64,000 bases of DNA, taken from contig CBDATQ010000001.1 of assembly GCA_965199955.1 (NCBI GenBank), positions 2,006,284-2,070,283 of the forward strand. The letters are read 5' to 3'. The notes below the pieces were generated by a model. The model saw nothing but the letters and a program-made list of their open reading frames with translations. It searched no databases and had not been told where the DNA came from. This stretch comes from Spirochaetia bacterium. Its GTDB lineage: Bacteria > Spirochaetota > Spirochaetia > SZUA-6 > Bin103. This document shows, piece after piece, positions 30,310-39,813 of this stretch (within the stretch, counting starts at the first letter, position 1; each line of letters opens with the position of its first letter). Position numbers and translations under genes: made by a program.

Positions 30310-31187
30310 TGCTCTCCGCCGCGGACCGGGATCAGGCCGGCCGGCTTGATGAGCAGGATCATGGCCATGAGGGCGTAGATCGTTACCCGCGCCAGCTCGG
30401 GAAGCACGACCTGGCCGTAGGTGTCGGCGATGCCGATGATCAGCGAGCCGAGGGCCACGCCCTTGAGGCTACCGGGGCCGCCCAGCACCACGACGATGAG
30501 GGCCAGGATCAGCACCTTCATGTCCATCCCCGGCGCGATGGCGAGCACCGGCGCCGCGATCACGCCGGCGACTCCGGCCAGCAGGCACCCCAAGCAGAAC
30601 ACCAGGAAGAAGACGCGGCCGATGTCGAGGCCGAGCGCCGCCACCATGGTGCGGTCGTCCACGCCGGCGCGCACGATGGCGCCGACGCGGGTGCGCTCCA
30701 GCGCAAGGTAGAGCAGCAGGAAGGCAGCCACGCCCAGGGCGATGATGAACAGGCGGTAGGTGGGATAGACCTGTCCCAGCACGGAGCCGCGGCCGGACAG
30801 CAGCGCCGGCACGTCGATGATGTGCGGCAGCGATCCCCAGATGATGTCGACCGTCTCGATCCCGACGAAGATCAGGCCGAAGGTCACGAGCACCTGCTTC
30901 ATGGGGTCGGCCCGCTGCATGTGGCGCAGCAGTACCAGGTAGAGCAGTCCTCCGATCAGGGCGACGCCGAGCGGGGCAAGCAGCAGGGCCAGCCAGAAGG
31001 ACTCGAAGGCGCGGACTGCGCTCAGGGCCAGGTAGGCGCCGGCCATGAACAGCGTTCCGTGCGCCAGGTTGATGAAGTTCATCAGCCCGAACACCACGGA
31101 CAGCCCGATCGACAGCAGGAACAGCAGCGCCGAGAGCTGCAGCCCGTTGAGGGTCTGGACGATCAGGAACCCGGGATCAAGGAGCAC
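30306..31187 (-). CDS. livH: Branched-chain amino acid ABC transporter permease
   Basis: 293-aa multi-TM permease of the LivH type. Confidence 0.8.
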   Translation of the reverse strand: MLLDPGFLIVQTLNGLQLSALLFLLSIGLSVVFGLMNFINLAHGTLFMAGAYLALSAVRAFESFWLALLLAPLGVALIGGLLYLVLLRHMQRADPMKQVLVTFGLIFVGIETVDIIWGSLPHIIDVPALLSGRGSVLGQVYPTYRLFIIALGVAAFLLLYLALERTRVGAIVRAGVDDRTMVAALGLDIGRVFFLVFCLGCLLAGVAGVIAAPVLAIAPGMDMKVLILALIVVVLGGPGSLKGVALGSLIIGIADTYGQVVLPELARVTIYALMAMILLIKPAGLIPVRGGEQ

Positions 31188-31278
31188 GGTTACCCCGCCG
31201 CGCGAATTACCAGGTACAACAGGTGCACGGGATCCGACGCGGTGAACGTGCGTCGCGAGAGGATCAGCCCCTGGTCTG

Positions 31279-32457
31279 CTACAGCTCGCAGCCGTTGGGC
31301 GGGTCCTGGACGTCGGCCACCATGTCCTGGACCACCGCCGCGACGCCGTCGCCTTGGGCCTGGACCTCGAAGATGTAGACGTTCTGGATCACGTTGTTGG
31401 TTGCCGGATCGATGCGGAACGGTCCGCGGGGGCCGTCGAAGCGGATGTCGCGCATCGCCGCGACCAGGGCCGCCCTGTCCTCGGTGTCGCCGCCGGTGGC
31501 CCTGAGGGCCTCGACGATGAGTCGGGCGCTGTCGTAGGCGGCGACGCCGAACTCCGACCCGTCACGTCCGTGCGCGGCGCGGAACTTCTCCTGGAAGACG
31601 TGGTTCGCCGGCGTGTCGATCGACGGCACGTAGTTGAGGATCCCCAGGGTTCCCTCCGCGTCCATGCCCTGCGCGTTGACGTACAGCGCGGAGTTGAGCC
31701 AGCCGGCGCCGGCGAGCTGAATCTCGTCCTTCAGCCCGAAGGCCGCCCACTCCTTGACGAACTGGATCGCCGGGCCGCCCGCGAAGAACACGTACGCCGC
31801 ATCCGGGTTCGCGGCCTTCACCTTCGCCAGGTAAGGGCCGAAGTCCTCGGTCTCGCCCAGCGGCGGATACTCCTCGCCGATGACGGTGCCTCCGGCGGCG
31901 ACGAAGCCAGAGCGAAACGCCTCCATGGCCTGGTGTCCCGCCGCGTAGTCGAACGCCATCAGGAACACGTTTCGGTAGCCCCGGGCAGCCATCCACGGCC
32001 CCATCTCGCGGCTGATCTGCGCGTTGGAGAATGAAGAGCGCAGGATCCACGGGCTGCAGAGCGGGCCGGTGAGGTCGTCGTTGCCGGCGTTGGTGACGAT
32101 CAGCGGCACCTCGGCGTTGTGCACGAAGTCGCGCACGGCGCCGGCCACCGCGGAGGAGATGATGCCCACCACGATGTCCACCTCATCCCTGAGGACCAGT
32201 CTCTTGATCAGCGCCAGGCCGGTGCCCGGATTCGCTTCGCTGTCGGCATGGATCAGCTCTATGGGGCGACCGGCCACCTCGCGGCCGAACTCGTCGAAGC
32301 CCAGCTCCAGGGCCAGCGTCTGGTCGCCGCCGAGTCCGGCGCAGACCCCCGAGGAAGGCAGCAGCACGCCGATCCTGACCGGTTCGGCGCCGGCGCCGGC
32401 AGCGCACACGGTGAGAGCGGCGATCGCCGCCGCGACGGTCCTGATCACGCTTTTCAT
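31279..32457 (-). CDS. livK: Branched-chain amino acid ABC transporter substrate-binding protein
   Basis: Signal peptide MKSVIRTVAAAIAALTVCAAGAG followed by a periplasmic-binding type-I fold pattern. It is the first gene of the minus-strand operon. Confidence 0.8.
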   Translation of the reverse strand: MKSVIRTVAAAIAALTVCAAGAGAEPVRIGVLLPSSGVCAGLGGDQTLALELGFDEFGREVAGRPIELIHADSEANPGTGLALIKRLVLRDEVDIVVGIISSAVAGAVRDFVHNAEVPLIVTNAGNDDLTGPLCSPWILRSSFSNAQISREMGPWMAARGYRNVFLMAFDYAAGHQAMEAFRSGFVAAGGTVIGEEYPPLGETEDFGPYLAKVKAANPDAAYVFFAGGPAIQFVKEWAAFGLKDEIQLAGAGWLNSALYVNAQGMDAEGTLGILNYVPSIDTPANHVFQEKFRAAHGRDGSEFGVAAYDSARLIVEALRATGGDTEDRAALVAAMRDIRFDGPRGPFRIDPATNNVIQNVYIFEVQAQGDGVAAVVQDMVADVQDPPNGCEL

Positions 32458-32614
32458 GGGGTGAATCCTAGTCGGGTCGGTTCAGGGATGTCCAGGATTC
32501 CGGGGACGGTACGGTAACGCAGGGGAACGCCCAGTCCGAGTTGGCCGACCGTCCGGGGACAGGCTATCCTGGAACCGCCATGCGCCTCCGCGAACGCCCC
32601 CGCGCCGGGGCCGC

Positions 32615-35600
32615 ATGATGCCCGGCGCCACGGAAGTCGTCGGGGTCGGCGGCTGTCTGACGACGCCGCTGACGGTGGCCGGCATCGACCATACGTCCGT
32701 GCGGGCGGCGGTCGCCCGCGCGTTCGCGGAGCAGCGGGCGTTTCCCTTCCTGCCGGACACGGAGTGGAGCGCCGCTGTCCCGGAGCAGCACGCGGAGCGG
32801 ACGGCTGCCGTCCGCGCTGAGGCGGTTGCGGCGGCGACGAAGAGCCCCACGACCGCCGACCGATTCAACCGTGACGCGCGGCTGATCGAACGGCTGGATG
32901 CCGCCGTCCGCCTCACGCATGAAGCGATCGCCGCGATCGGCGGCGAGGGACGCCAGACGCTCGAACGGCGGCGATTCGTGCTGATCAGGGAAGCGCCGGA
33001 AGCCACCTGCCTCTACGAGGAAGGGGAGACCGGCGTCGTCGCGCGAGTCGGGCAGGGACCGCTGGAGCTGCGTCAGCCTACGATCTACCTGGGCCTGCGC
33101 CTGTTCGACCTGCTGGCCGCGGAGCAGGTAGATCGCGGCGGCACGGTGCCGGAAGCGCTGCTCTCCATCCTGCGGCTGGAAGAGCGTGCGATCGAGACCG
33201 GCTACTCGCACGTGGAGCCGCTGGACGCGCCCAGGCGCGAGGCCCTGGAACGCCTGTTCGGCGTCCTGCGCCAGCCGATCGCGGGACTGACGCCGGCCGA
33301 GCCCGAGCCGGAGCGGCAGCGGCGGCCGATGCGCTTCTCGCAGGCGCTCAGGCAGGCGACGCTGCGCCAGTTGAACGCACGGCGGGCCGACGCGCCGCTG
33401 GATTTCGACCCCGCCATATGCGTGTCCGCCATGCGCCGCCTGGAGCGCACCGCACAGCGCGCCAAGGCGTACGGCGGCGATTCGGTGCGCCGCGAGGTGA
33501 TGCGGCTGCTGGTCGCCGCCTCCGGGCACGACCTGGACGAGGTGCGCAACCACGCCAACCTGCTGCTGGAGCGCATGCTCGCCCCCAAGGAATTCGCCGC
33601 TCCGCTTGCGCGGACGTTCCTGACCGCCATGCAGGGGACGGAGCACCACTTCAGCTTCGATCTCCCGCGCAGCCGCGGCCGGTACCGGCTCCGGATCTAC
33701 CGGGGCCGCGGCCAACGGCGCTATCCGAGCGAGGCGGACCTGGACTACGTGGATGTCGATCTGGCCCGGTCGTCGCCGGGATCACCGCACACCGCCACCT
33801 GGCGATTCGACGAGCTCGGGCACTACGACTTCTGCGTGGCGAGGGAATTCGACAGCGGCCGCCGGGAGTGGGTTCAGGACGCCGAGTGCAGCGGGCGCAT
33901 CAACGTGCTGCCCGACCTCCGCGGCGAGCTGGTGTTGCAGATCTTTCCCGACATCCACGGACACACCCGCGCCTACTGGGCTGACGTCGAGCATCCGGGA
34001 CTGGTGTACAACGAGCACGGGCAGGTGATCCGCCAGGGCACGTTCGCGGACATCGCCGCGCACCTCCCGGAGATCAAGCGCAAGTACGGGTTCACCGCCA
34101 TCTACGTGCTGGGCGCGCAGAAACGCGGCAGCAACCGCGAGGACTGGACCGGCCACGCAACCTCGCCTTCGCCGTTCGCGCCGGAGAGCCTGACCGAGAT
34201 GGAGCCGGCGCTCGGCGGGAACGACGGCCTGCGGACCCTGGTCGCCGCCGCCCACGAGCTTGAGATCAAGGTGCTGCTGGACGTGATCCCGCACCTCAAC
34301 CGAAGGGTGCACGACGACGTGCCGGATGAGGACGTCGTGCAGTGCTTCGACGACGACGGCACCCTGGTCGCGCGCTCCTCGACCGACGGCCGCTACGGGA
34401 GCTGGAACGACGGCGTGCTGCTCAACTACCGGCGCCTGTCGGTATGGGAGTGGCTGGTCGATTCGGTGCGCGCCCTGATCGACCGGTTCGACGTCGACGG
34501 GGTGCGCTGCGACATTTCGCACGCCCTGCCGATCATGATGAAGCGCAACAATGCCCCGGCGGTGCCGGCCGGCCCCCGTTCTGACGAGGAGCAGGTCGAG
34601 GGCACCATAGTGGTCAACGAACGGGTCGACGACCACTATGTCACCACCGGGTTCTTCGACTCGGCGTGCCGGGACCTGATCGCCAGCCCCCTGCACTACC
34701 TGCTGATGCGCGAGATGGAGCAGGCCGCGCATGCGGCCGGCAAGCCCTTCTACGTCCACCTTGCCGAGGCGTACTGGGGACGTGAGCAGTACCTCAGCCG
34801 CGTCGGCATCGTTTCGTACAACTCGGCGCTGTTCAAGATCTGCGAGCGCATCGCCCAGGGGACCTCCGCGGTCGGCGAGGTCTACCACCTGTACGACCAG
34901 CACTACCGCGGCGCACTGCCGCCCGGCACCGAGTTGATCGGATTGTTCGGCAACCATGACGAGCGCCGCCCGGTCAACACCTTCGGCCGCGACAACCTGC
35001 GGCCCGTGCTCACGCTTACGTCGTTTCTGAGCAACGTGGTGATGGACTTCGAGGGCAACGCCGAGGGCGAGGCGTGGAAGGTGTTTCCGGACAACGTCTA
35101 CGTCGACTGGAACCGGTTCGACAACGCCGCCGACCGCAGCGTCGAGCGCATCTTCCGCGACGTGTACGCCATCCACCGCCGCAACCCGGGCCGCGGGATG
35201 CTGGTGCCTACCGACCATCCCCAGGTGGCCGCGGTGATCAAGCCCGCCCCCGAGGGACTCTGGCTGGCCGTGTGCAGCTTCTCGGCGGACAGCGCCACGG
35301 TGAGCGTCGACATGCGCGCCGCCGCCTCCTCGCTGGATGGCTCGATCGATCCCGCCGGGCGCTACGTGGTGGCGGATCCCACCTACTCGCCGGTCACCCG
35401 CCGCTACGCCCACTACACGGGAGAGGAGTTGCGACACTCCACGCTGACCACCTCCGTGAGCTACCGGCAGCGGGTGAAGCTGCTGCGCATCGACCGGATC
35501 GCCGACGACGACCTGGGCGGCGGGACGGCCGAATCCGGGTATCCGCGTTTCCTGCGCGATTCGTTCGACCGCCTGCAGGACGCGCCGTCCCGCGAGCGGC

Positions 35601-37516
35601 TGGACCCCTCGTTCGCGTACCGGGAGATCACGCGCGCTGCGGCGACTCGTGGCGGTCTGGGACGGTTTCTGGACGAGAAGCTGCTGCCCCTCTACGAGGA
35701 CGCCGAGCACGACGCCGTCGTCCTCGGCCTGAAGCGGGTGCTGTTTCACGCCTACCGGGAAGGCGGCCTGGGCCGCGGCGGCGAGGGAGCCAGGCTGCCC
35801 GCCCCCGGGAAAGGCCGCACGCGGCGCTCCCGGCTGCTGGCACGGGTGCTGGACGGACTGCGCAGCCGCCCGGTGGTGTTCGTGTCGGCGGAGGCGGAGC
35901 CGTTCTCCAAGAGCGGCGGACTGGCCAACGTGACCTGCGAGCTGCCGCGCGAGCTGGCCCGCCTGGGGGAGCGGCTGTACGTGATCACGCCGCTGTACCG
36001 CGCCGGCGAGCCGCGCGCGGTGGAGAAGATGCAGGCGGCGATCGACCGCTACGGCATCACCTACAGCGGCACGAACGTGAGCTTCCAGCTCGGCGACGAG
36101 CGCTACGAGGTGGGCGTGCACTCGGGCGAGGTCGACGGCGTGACCTACTACCTGCTCGACCACCACGAGCTGTTCGACGGGCTGTACTGGGGCTATCGCT
36201 CCAACGAGCGCATCCGCCGTCGCCTGGGCCTGGCGCGGGCGGCGGCAGAGGTGATCGTCAGCTTCGACCTCGATCCGCTGGTGGTCGCCACCAACGACGC
36301 GGCTGCCGGCCTGCTCACCGGCATCGTCCGAGCCGATCCGCACTATGCAGAACCCTTTGCGCGCACCAGCTTCGTGCATGTCATCCACAACGGCGGCTGG
36401 CAGTACTTCGACTGCTATGGCCGCTATGAGGACGGCACCGATCTGTTCGGGCTGTTCAACCTCCCCGGACACCACGTATCGCAGTTCACGGATCCGCGTG
36501 ACGACGGCCTGTTCAACCTGATGGCCGCCGGCATCCGCTTCGCGGACCGGGTGTTCACCGTGAGCCCCTCCTACGCGCGGCAGATCGAGCAGAACTGCGA
36601 CGGGCTGGAGCCGTTGCTGGAGGACGTGATCGGCATCAACAACGGCATCGCCCGCGGGTTCCGGCGCGGCGTGCGGCAGCGCCTGTCGCGCTCCGGGCTG
36701 GAGGAGCACCAGTACCCGCGGCTGCGCGCGCGTATCGCCGAGGACCCGTTGCTGCGCGCCAAGCTCGAACGGCGGTTCCCGGAGCTGCTGGCCGACGACC
36801 CGGACGCCGTCCGCTTCCGCAGCCAGGCGCGGCGAGACGAGGTCACCCGCATGCGCACCAAGCTGCTGGCGCAGCTCGAGTACGGGCTCACGGTCGATCC
36901 GGACCAGGTGCTGTACGTGATGATCCATCGGGTCAGCGACCAGAAGGGGTTTCAGATCCTGCTGGAGGCTTCCGAGGGGATCTTCCGCAACCTCGGCGTG
37001 CAGGCGATCCTGGGAGGTCCCATCGCGCCCAACGACCACCGTGCCGAGGAACTCGCCGCCGGCATGCACGCCCTGATGGAGTTCTATCCGGGCGCGGTCG
37101 CCACGCGGATCGGCTACCAGGAGATCAGCCTGCCGCTGCTGGCCGCCGACGCGTTCCTGATGCCGTCCCAGTTCGAGCCCGGCGGCATCTCCCAGCTCGA
37201 GGCGATGAGCTGCGGCTGCCTGGTGGTCGCGCACGCCACCGGTGGCCTGCGCGACACGGTGACCCCGCTGCAGCTTCGGGGCTCGACCGTGAGCGGGTAT
37301 GGCGTGCTGTTCGGGGACTACCAGGCCGACGCGTTCCTCGACGCGATGGCGCGCTGCACGTGGTTCTTCCGTCACGCCACGGCCGCGCAGATCCGCCGCG
37401 CGCGCAACAACGCGCGGCGCAACATCGTGTACTGGGACGGCGCCGCCCGCCGCTACCTGGAAGAGCTGCACGCCCTGCAGGAGACGATCCCGGCAGCGAA
37501 TCTCCCGCCCCAATAA
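32615..37516 (+). CDS. Multidomain alpha-glucan enzyme: unknown N-terminal region, GH13 alpha-amylase-family catalytic domain and GT5 glycogen/starch-synthase domain in one 1633-aa polypeptide
   Basis: It is a single ORF. GH13 regions GFTAIYVLG, LDVIPHLN, GVRCDISHALP, AEAYW and FGNHDERR lie at about 34000-35450. GT5 motifs FSKSGGLANV and QFEPGGISQLEAMSCG lie at about 35865-37516. A stem-loop sits right after the TAA stop. Confidence 0.7.
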   Translation: MMPGATEVVGVGGCLTTPLTVAGIDHTSVRAAVARAFAEQRAFPFLPDTEWSAAVPEQHAERTAAVRAEAVAAATKSPTTADRFNRDARLIERLDAAVRLTHEAIAAIGGEGRQTLERRRFVLIREAPEATCLYEEGETGVVARVGQGPLELRQPTIYLGLRLFDLLAAEQVDRGGTVPEALLSILRLEERAIETGYSHVEPLDAPRREALERLFGVLRQPIAGLTPAEPEPERQRRPMRFSQALRQATLRQLNARRADAPLDFDPAICVSAMRRLERTAQRAKAYGGDSVRREVMRLLVAASGHDLDEVRNHANLLLERMLAPKEFAAPLARTFLTAMQGTEHHFSFDLPRSRGRYRLRIYRGRGQRRYPSEADLDYVDVDLARSSPGSPHTATWRFDELGHYDFCVAREFDSGRREWVQDAECSGRINVLPDLRGELVLQIFPDIHGHTRAYWADVEHPGLVYNEHGQVIRQGTFADIAAHLPEIKRKYGFTAIYVLGAQKRGSNREDWTGHATSPSPFAPESLTEMEPALGGNDGLRTLVAAAHELEIKVLLDVIPHLNRRVHDDVPDEDVVQCFDDDGTLVARSSTDGRYGSWNDGVLLNYRRLSVWEWLVDSVRALIDRFDVDGVRCDISHALPIMMKRNNAPAVPAGPRSDEEQVEGTIVVNERVDDHYVTTGFFDSACRDLIASPLHYLLMREMEQAAHAAGKPFYVHLAEAYWGREQYLSRVGIVSYNSALFKICERIAQGTSAVGEVYHLYDQHYRGALPPGTELIGLFGNHDERRPVNTFGRDNLRPVLTLTSFLSNVVMDFEGNAEGEAWKVFPDNVYVDWNRFDNAADRSVERIFRDVYAIHRRNPGRGMLVPTDHPQVAAVIKPAPEGLWLAVCSFSADSATVSVDMRAAASSLDGSIDPAGRYVVADPTYSPVTRRYAHYTGEELRHSTLTTSVSYRQRVKLLRIDRIADDDLGGGTAESGYPRFLRDSFDRLQDAPSRERLDPSFAYREITRAAATRGGLGRFLDEKLLPLYEDAEHDAVVLGLKRVLFHAYREGGLGRGGEGARLPAPGKGRTRRSRLLARVLDGLRSRPVVFVSAEAEPFSKSGGLANVTCELPRELARLGERLYVITPLYRAGEPRAVEKMQAAIDRYGITYSGTNVSFQLGDERYEVGVHSGEVDGVTYYLLDHHELFDGLYWGYRSNERIRRRLGLARAAAEVIVSFDLDPLVVATNDAAAGLLTGIVRADPHYAEPFARTSFVHVIHNGGWQYFDCYGRYEDGTDLFGLFNLPGHHVSQFTDPRDDGLFNLMAAGIRFADRVFTVSPSYARQIEQNCDGLEPLLEDVIGINNGIARGFRRGVRQRLSRSGLEEHQYPRLRARIAEDPLLRAKLERRFPELLADDPDAVRFRSQARRDEVTRMRTKLLAQLEYGLTVDPDQVLYVMIHRVSDQKGFQILLEASEGIFRNLGVQAILGGPIAPNDHRAEELAAGMHALMEFYPGAVATRIGYQEISLPLLAADAFLMPSQFEPGGISQLEAMSCGCLVVAHATGGLRDTVTPLQLRGSTVSGYGVLFGDYQADAFLDAMARCTWFFRHATAAQIRRARNNARRNIVYWDGAARRYLEELHALQETIPAANLPPQ

Positions 37517-37540
37517 CCGGAGCCCACGGGGCTCCGGTTA
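37514..37540 (+). terminator. Stem-loop abutting the stop codon (11-bp stem AACCGGAGCCC/GGGCTCCGGTT, 3-nt loop)
   Basis: The stem-loop is seen directly in sequence and there is no U-tract; this is the GC-type intrinsic terminator common in high-GC genomes. Confidence 0.4.
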
Positions 37541-37560
37541 TTGGCCCACCCCGCCTTTGG

Positions 37561-37608
37561 CAAGGATCTGGCGTACCGGCCGCGCGCGGCCGGTACGCCA
37601 GATCCTTG
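37561..37608. repeat. Perfect 48-bp palindrome CAAGGATCTGGCGTACCGGCCGCG|CGCGGCCGGTACGCCAGATCCTTG
   Basis: The two 24-nt halves are exact reverse complements with no spacer. It lies in the 129-bp intergenic region between the convergent fusion gene and glgX, and is followed by CTCCTTTATAT on the plus strand. Confidence 0.6.
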
Positions 37609-37645
37609 CAGGTACTCAGCTCCTTTATATGATTATGTGCGCAAT

Positions 37646-39628
37646 CTACTCGCCGGACGCGGCCGCGAGGAGCACCAGGGAGCGGGGGGCCGCGTGGTAG
37701 ACCTCCTGGGGAGTGATCGGCAGCGCCTGGCCGAGATCGCAGATGTCGTGCGGCGACGGCAGCGCCGTGTCGATCGCCCGACGCCACGCGCCGCCGCAGC
37801 ACGCGGCGGGGACGGCGAACTCGCACGGCTCCTCGGCGGCGTTCAGGATCAGGCAGAGGTCCAAGGCCTCGTCGTGCAGGCACACGGCAAGCCGGGGCTC
37901 CCCGCTGCTCCAGTCGGGATACGCACCGCGCGGGTCCAGCCAGCGTATCTCCGAGCCATCGTCTTCATAGAACGTGTCGCGGCGCAGCGCAGGGTGGCGG
38001 GCCCGCAGCGCGATCACCTCGCGGCAGAAGCGGGCGAGCTCGGCGTTGCTCACGTGCAGGGTCCAGTCGTGCCAGGACACCTCGCTGTCCTGGCAATAGG
38101 CGTTGTTGTTGCCGCCCTGCGTGTGCGCCATCTCGTCGCCGCCCAGCAGCATCGGCGTGCCAAGCGACAGGAACAGGGTCGCCATCAGGTTCTTGCTCTG
38201 GCGCAGCCGCGTCGCGTGTATCTCGGGGTCGTCGGCGGGGCCCTCCACACCGTAGTTGGCGCTGAGGTTGTGGTCGCTGCCGTCGAGGTTGTCCTCGCCG
38301 TTCGCGGCGTTGTGCTTGGCGGCATAGCTGACCAGGTCCCGGAGGGTGAACCCGTCGTGCGATGTGACGAAGTTGATGCTGTGGACGGGCCGGCGGCCGT
38401 CGTCCCCGTACAGGTCGGCGCTTCCCGTCAGCCGCGTGGCGAGCGCCGCGGCAGAGCCGTCACCACGCCAGAAGCGGCGTACGTCGTCGCGGAAGCGGTC
38501 GTTCAGCTCCGCCCAGCGCTCGCCGGGAAACTGACCGACCTGGTAGGCCCCGGCGGCGTCCCACGCCTCGGCGATGATCTTGGTATCGCGCAGCACCGGG
38601 TCCTCGCCGATCCGCTCCAGGATCGGCGTGTTGGCGCTGAGGTTGCCGAACCGGTCGCGTCCGAGTACGGAGGCCAGGTCGAACCGGAAGCCGTCGACGT
38701 GCATCTCCACGGCCCAGTAGTGGAGGCAGTCGATGATCAGCTCGCGGACCACGGGATGGTTGCAGTTGAGGGTGTTATGGCAGCCGGTGAAGTCCAGGTA
38801 GCGGCTCGGATCGTCGGGGTCGAGCAGGTAATAGACGCTGTTGTCCAGTCCCCGGTAGGAGAAGGTGGGACCGTCCGCGCCCCGCTCCGGCGAGTGGTTG
38901 AACACCATGTCCAGGATCACCTCGATGCCGGCGGCGTGCAGGGCCTTGACCATCTCCTTGAACTCGCTCACCTGGCTGCCCGGCTCCGTTCCCGCGGCGT
39001 AGCGGCGCTTGGGGGCGAACAGGCCGATCGGGTTGTAGGCCCAGTAGTTGACCAGCGGCTCACCCGAAGCCGATCCGGGGGCGTGCTCGTCCGACTCGGT
39101 CACCGGCAGCAGCTCGACCGCGGTCACGCCCAGCTCGTTCAGATACGGGATGCGCTCGGCCAGGCCGCGGAACGTGCCGGGGTGCGCCACATCCGAAGAG
39201 GGGTGGACGGTGAATCCGCGCACGTGGGTTTCGTAGATCACCGTCCGCGCGGGCGGATGGCGTGGCGCACGGTCGTCGCCCCAGTCGAAGGCATCGTCCA
39301 CCACCAGGCAGCGGGGGCCGTCGGCGGGCAGGTCCGTCGCGCGAAGGCGAGGCGGCAGGGCGCAGGTGAACGCCTTGGCGTACGGATCGAACAGCGGGGC
39401 GTGCGGGTCGAAGAGGTGACCGGCCGCGGGCGCAAGGGGACCTTCCACCCGGTACAGGTAGGCGTGGCCGGGGCCCACACCGTCCACGACCAGGTGCCAG
39501 ATGTCCCCGGTGCGGTGCAGTGGAATCCGTGCGCTCGGTGCGGCGCTCCCGGCGTCGTCGAACAGCAGGAGGGTCACGGCCGTGGCATGCCGGCTGAACA
39601 GCGCGAACTGCGTGGCGCCGTCGAGCAC
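37646..39628 (-). CDS. glgX: Glycogen debranching enzyme (isoamylase-type, GH13_11 with N-terminal CBM48)
   Basis: 660-aa ORF. YETHVRGFT, DMVFNHS, GFRFDLASVL, EAWD and FVTSHDGFTL match GlgX-type debranching enzymes. Confidence 0.85.
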   Translation of the reverse strand: MLDGATQFALFSRHATAVTLLLFDDAGSAAPSARIPLHRTGDIWHLVVDGVGPGHAYLYRVEGPLAPAAGHLFDPHAPLFDPYAKAFTCALPPRLRATDLPADGPRCLVVDDAFDWGDDRAPRHPPARTVIYETHVRGFTVHPSSDVAHPGTFRGLAERIPYLNELGVTAVELLPVTESDEHAPGSASGEPLVNYWAYNPIGLFAPKRRYAAGTEPGSQVSEFKEMVKALHAAGIEVILDMVFNHSPERGADGPTFSYRGLDNSVYYLLDPDDPSRYLDFTGCHNTLNCNHPVVRELIIDCLHYWAVEMHVDGFRFDLASVLGRDRFGNLSANTPILERIGEDPVLRDTKIIAEAWDAAGAYQVGQFPGERWAELNDRFRDDVRRFWRGDGSAAALATRLTGSADLYGDDGRRPVHSINFVTSHDGFTLRDLVSYAAKHNAANGEDNLDGSDHNLSANYGVEGPADDPEIHATRLRQSKNLMATLFLSLGTPMLLGGDEMAHTQGGNNNAYCQDSEVSWHDWTLHVSNAELARFCREVIALRARHPALRRDTFYEDDGSEIRWLDPRGAYPDWSSGEPRLAVCLHDEALDLCLILNAAEEPCEFAVPAACCGGAWRRAIDTALPSPHDICDLGQALPITPQEVYHAAPRSLVLLAAASGE

Positions 39629-39813
39629 GGGTCGCGCCCAGCGGCTCCGGCCGGCCGCGGCGGGTGTTGGACGGCCCGGGAGAGCGGTGCACCGTGGTCA
39701 ATGAGTACCACCGGCAGGCCAGATGCGCCAGACGGTGGACGGCCGAGCGCGTTCCTGGCACTAATACGCACTCTGGATACGGTCTCGGAGCCGTTCCGCT
39801 GCGAGGGTCACGA
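39629..39813. promoter_or_regulatory. Divergent intergenic region between glgX and glgP (presumed promoters)
   Basis: 185 bp lie between the divergent start codons. No specific operator was recognised. Confidence 0.25.

Noticed and set aside
33782-37513. 1243-aa minus-strand ORF antisense to the GH13-GT5 gene, and similar giants (717..1796 -, 18359..20782 -, 24704..27190 +, 56399..58735 -, 6608..7825 +)
   Set aside because: These are stop-poor antisense frames typical of 70%-GC DNA. Their products are Arg/Ala/Gly/Pro-rich low-complexity strings with no domain signatures, and they lie opposite clearly coding frames.
32615-37516. Possibility that the 1633-aa ORF is an artefactual run-on joining separate amylase and synthase genes
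   Set aside because: Both domain signatures are in the same frame with no internal stop, and the approximately 140-aa linker has normal coding composition. Read-level verification is still advised.
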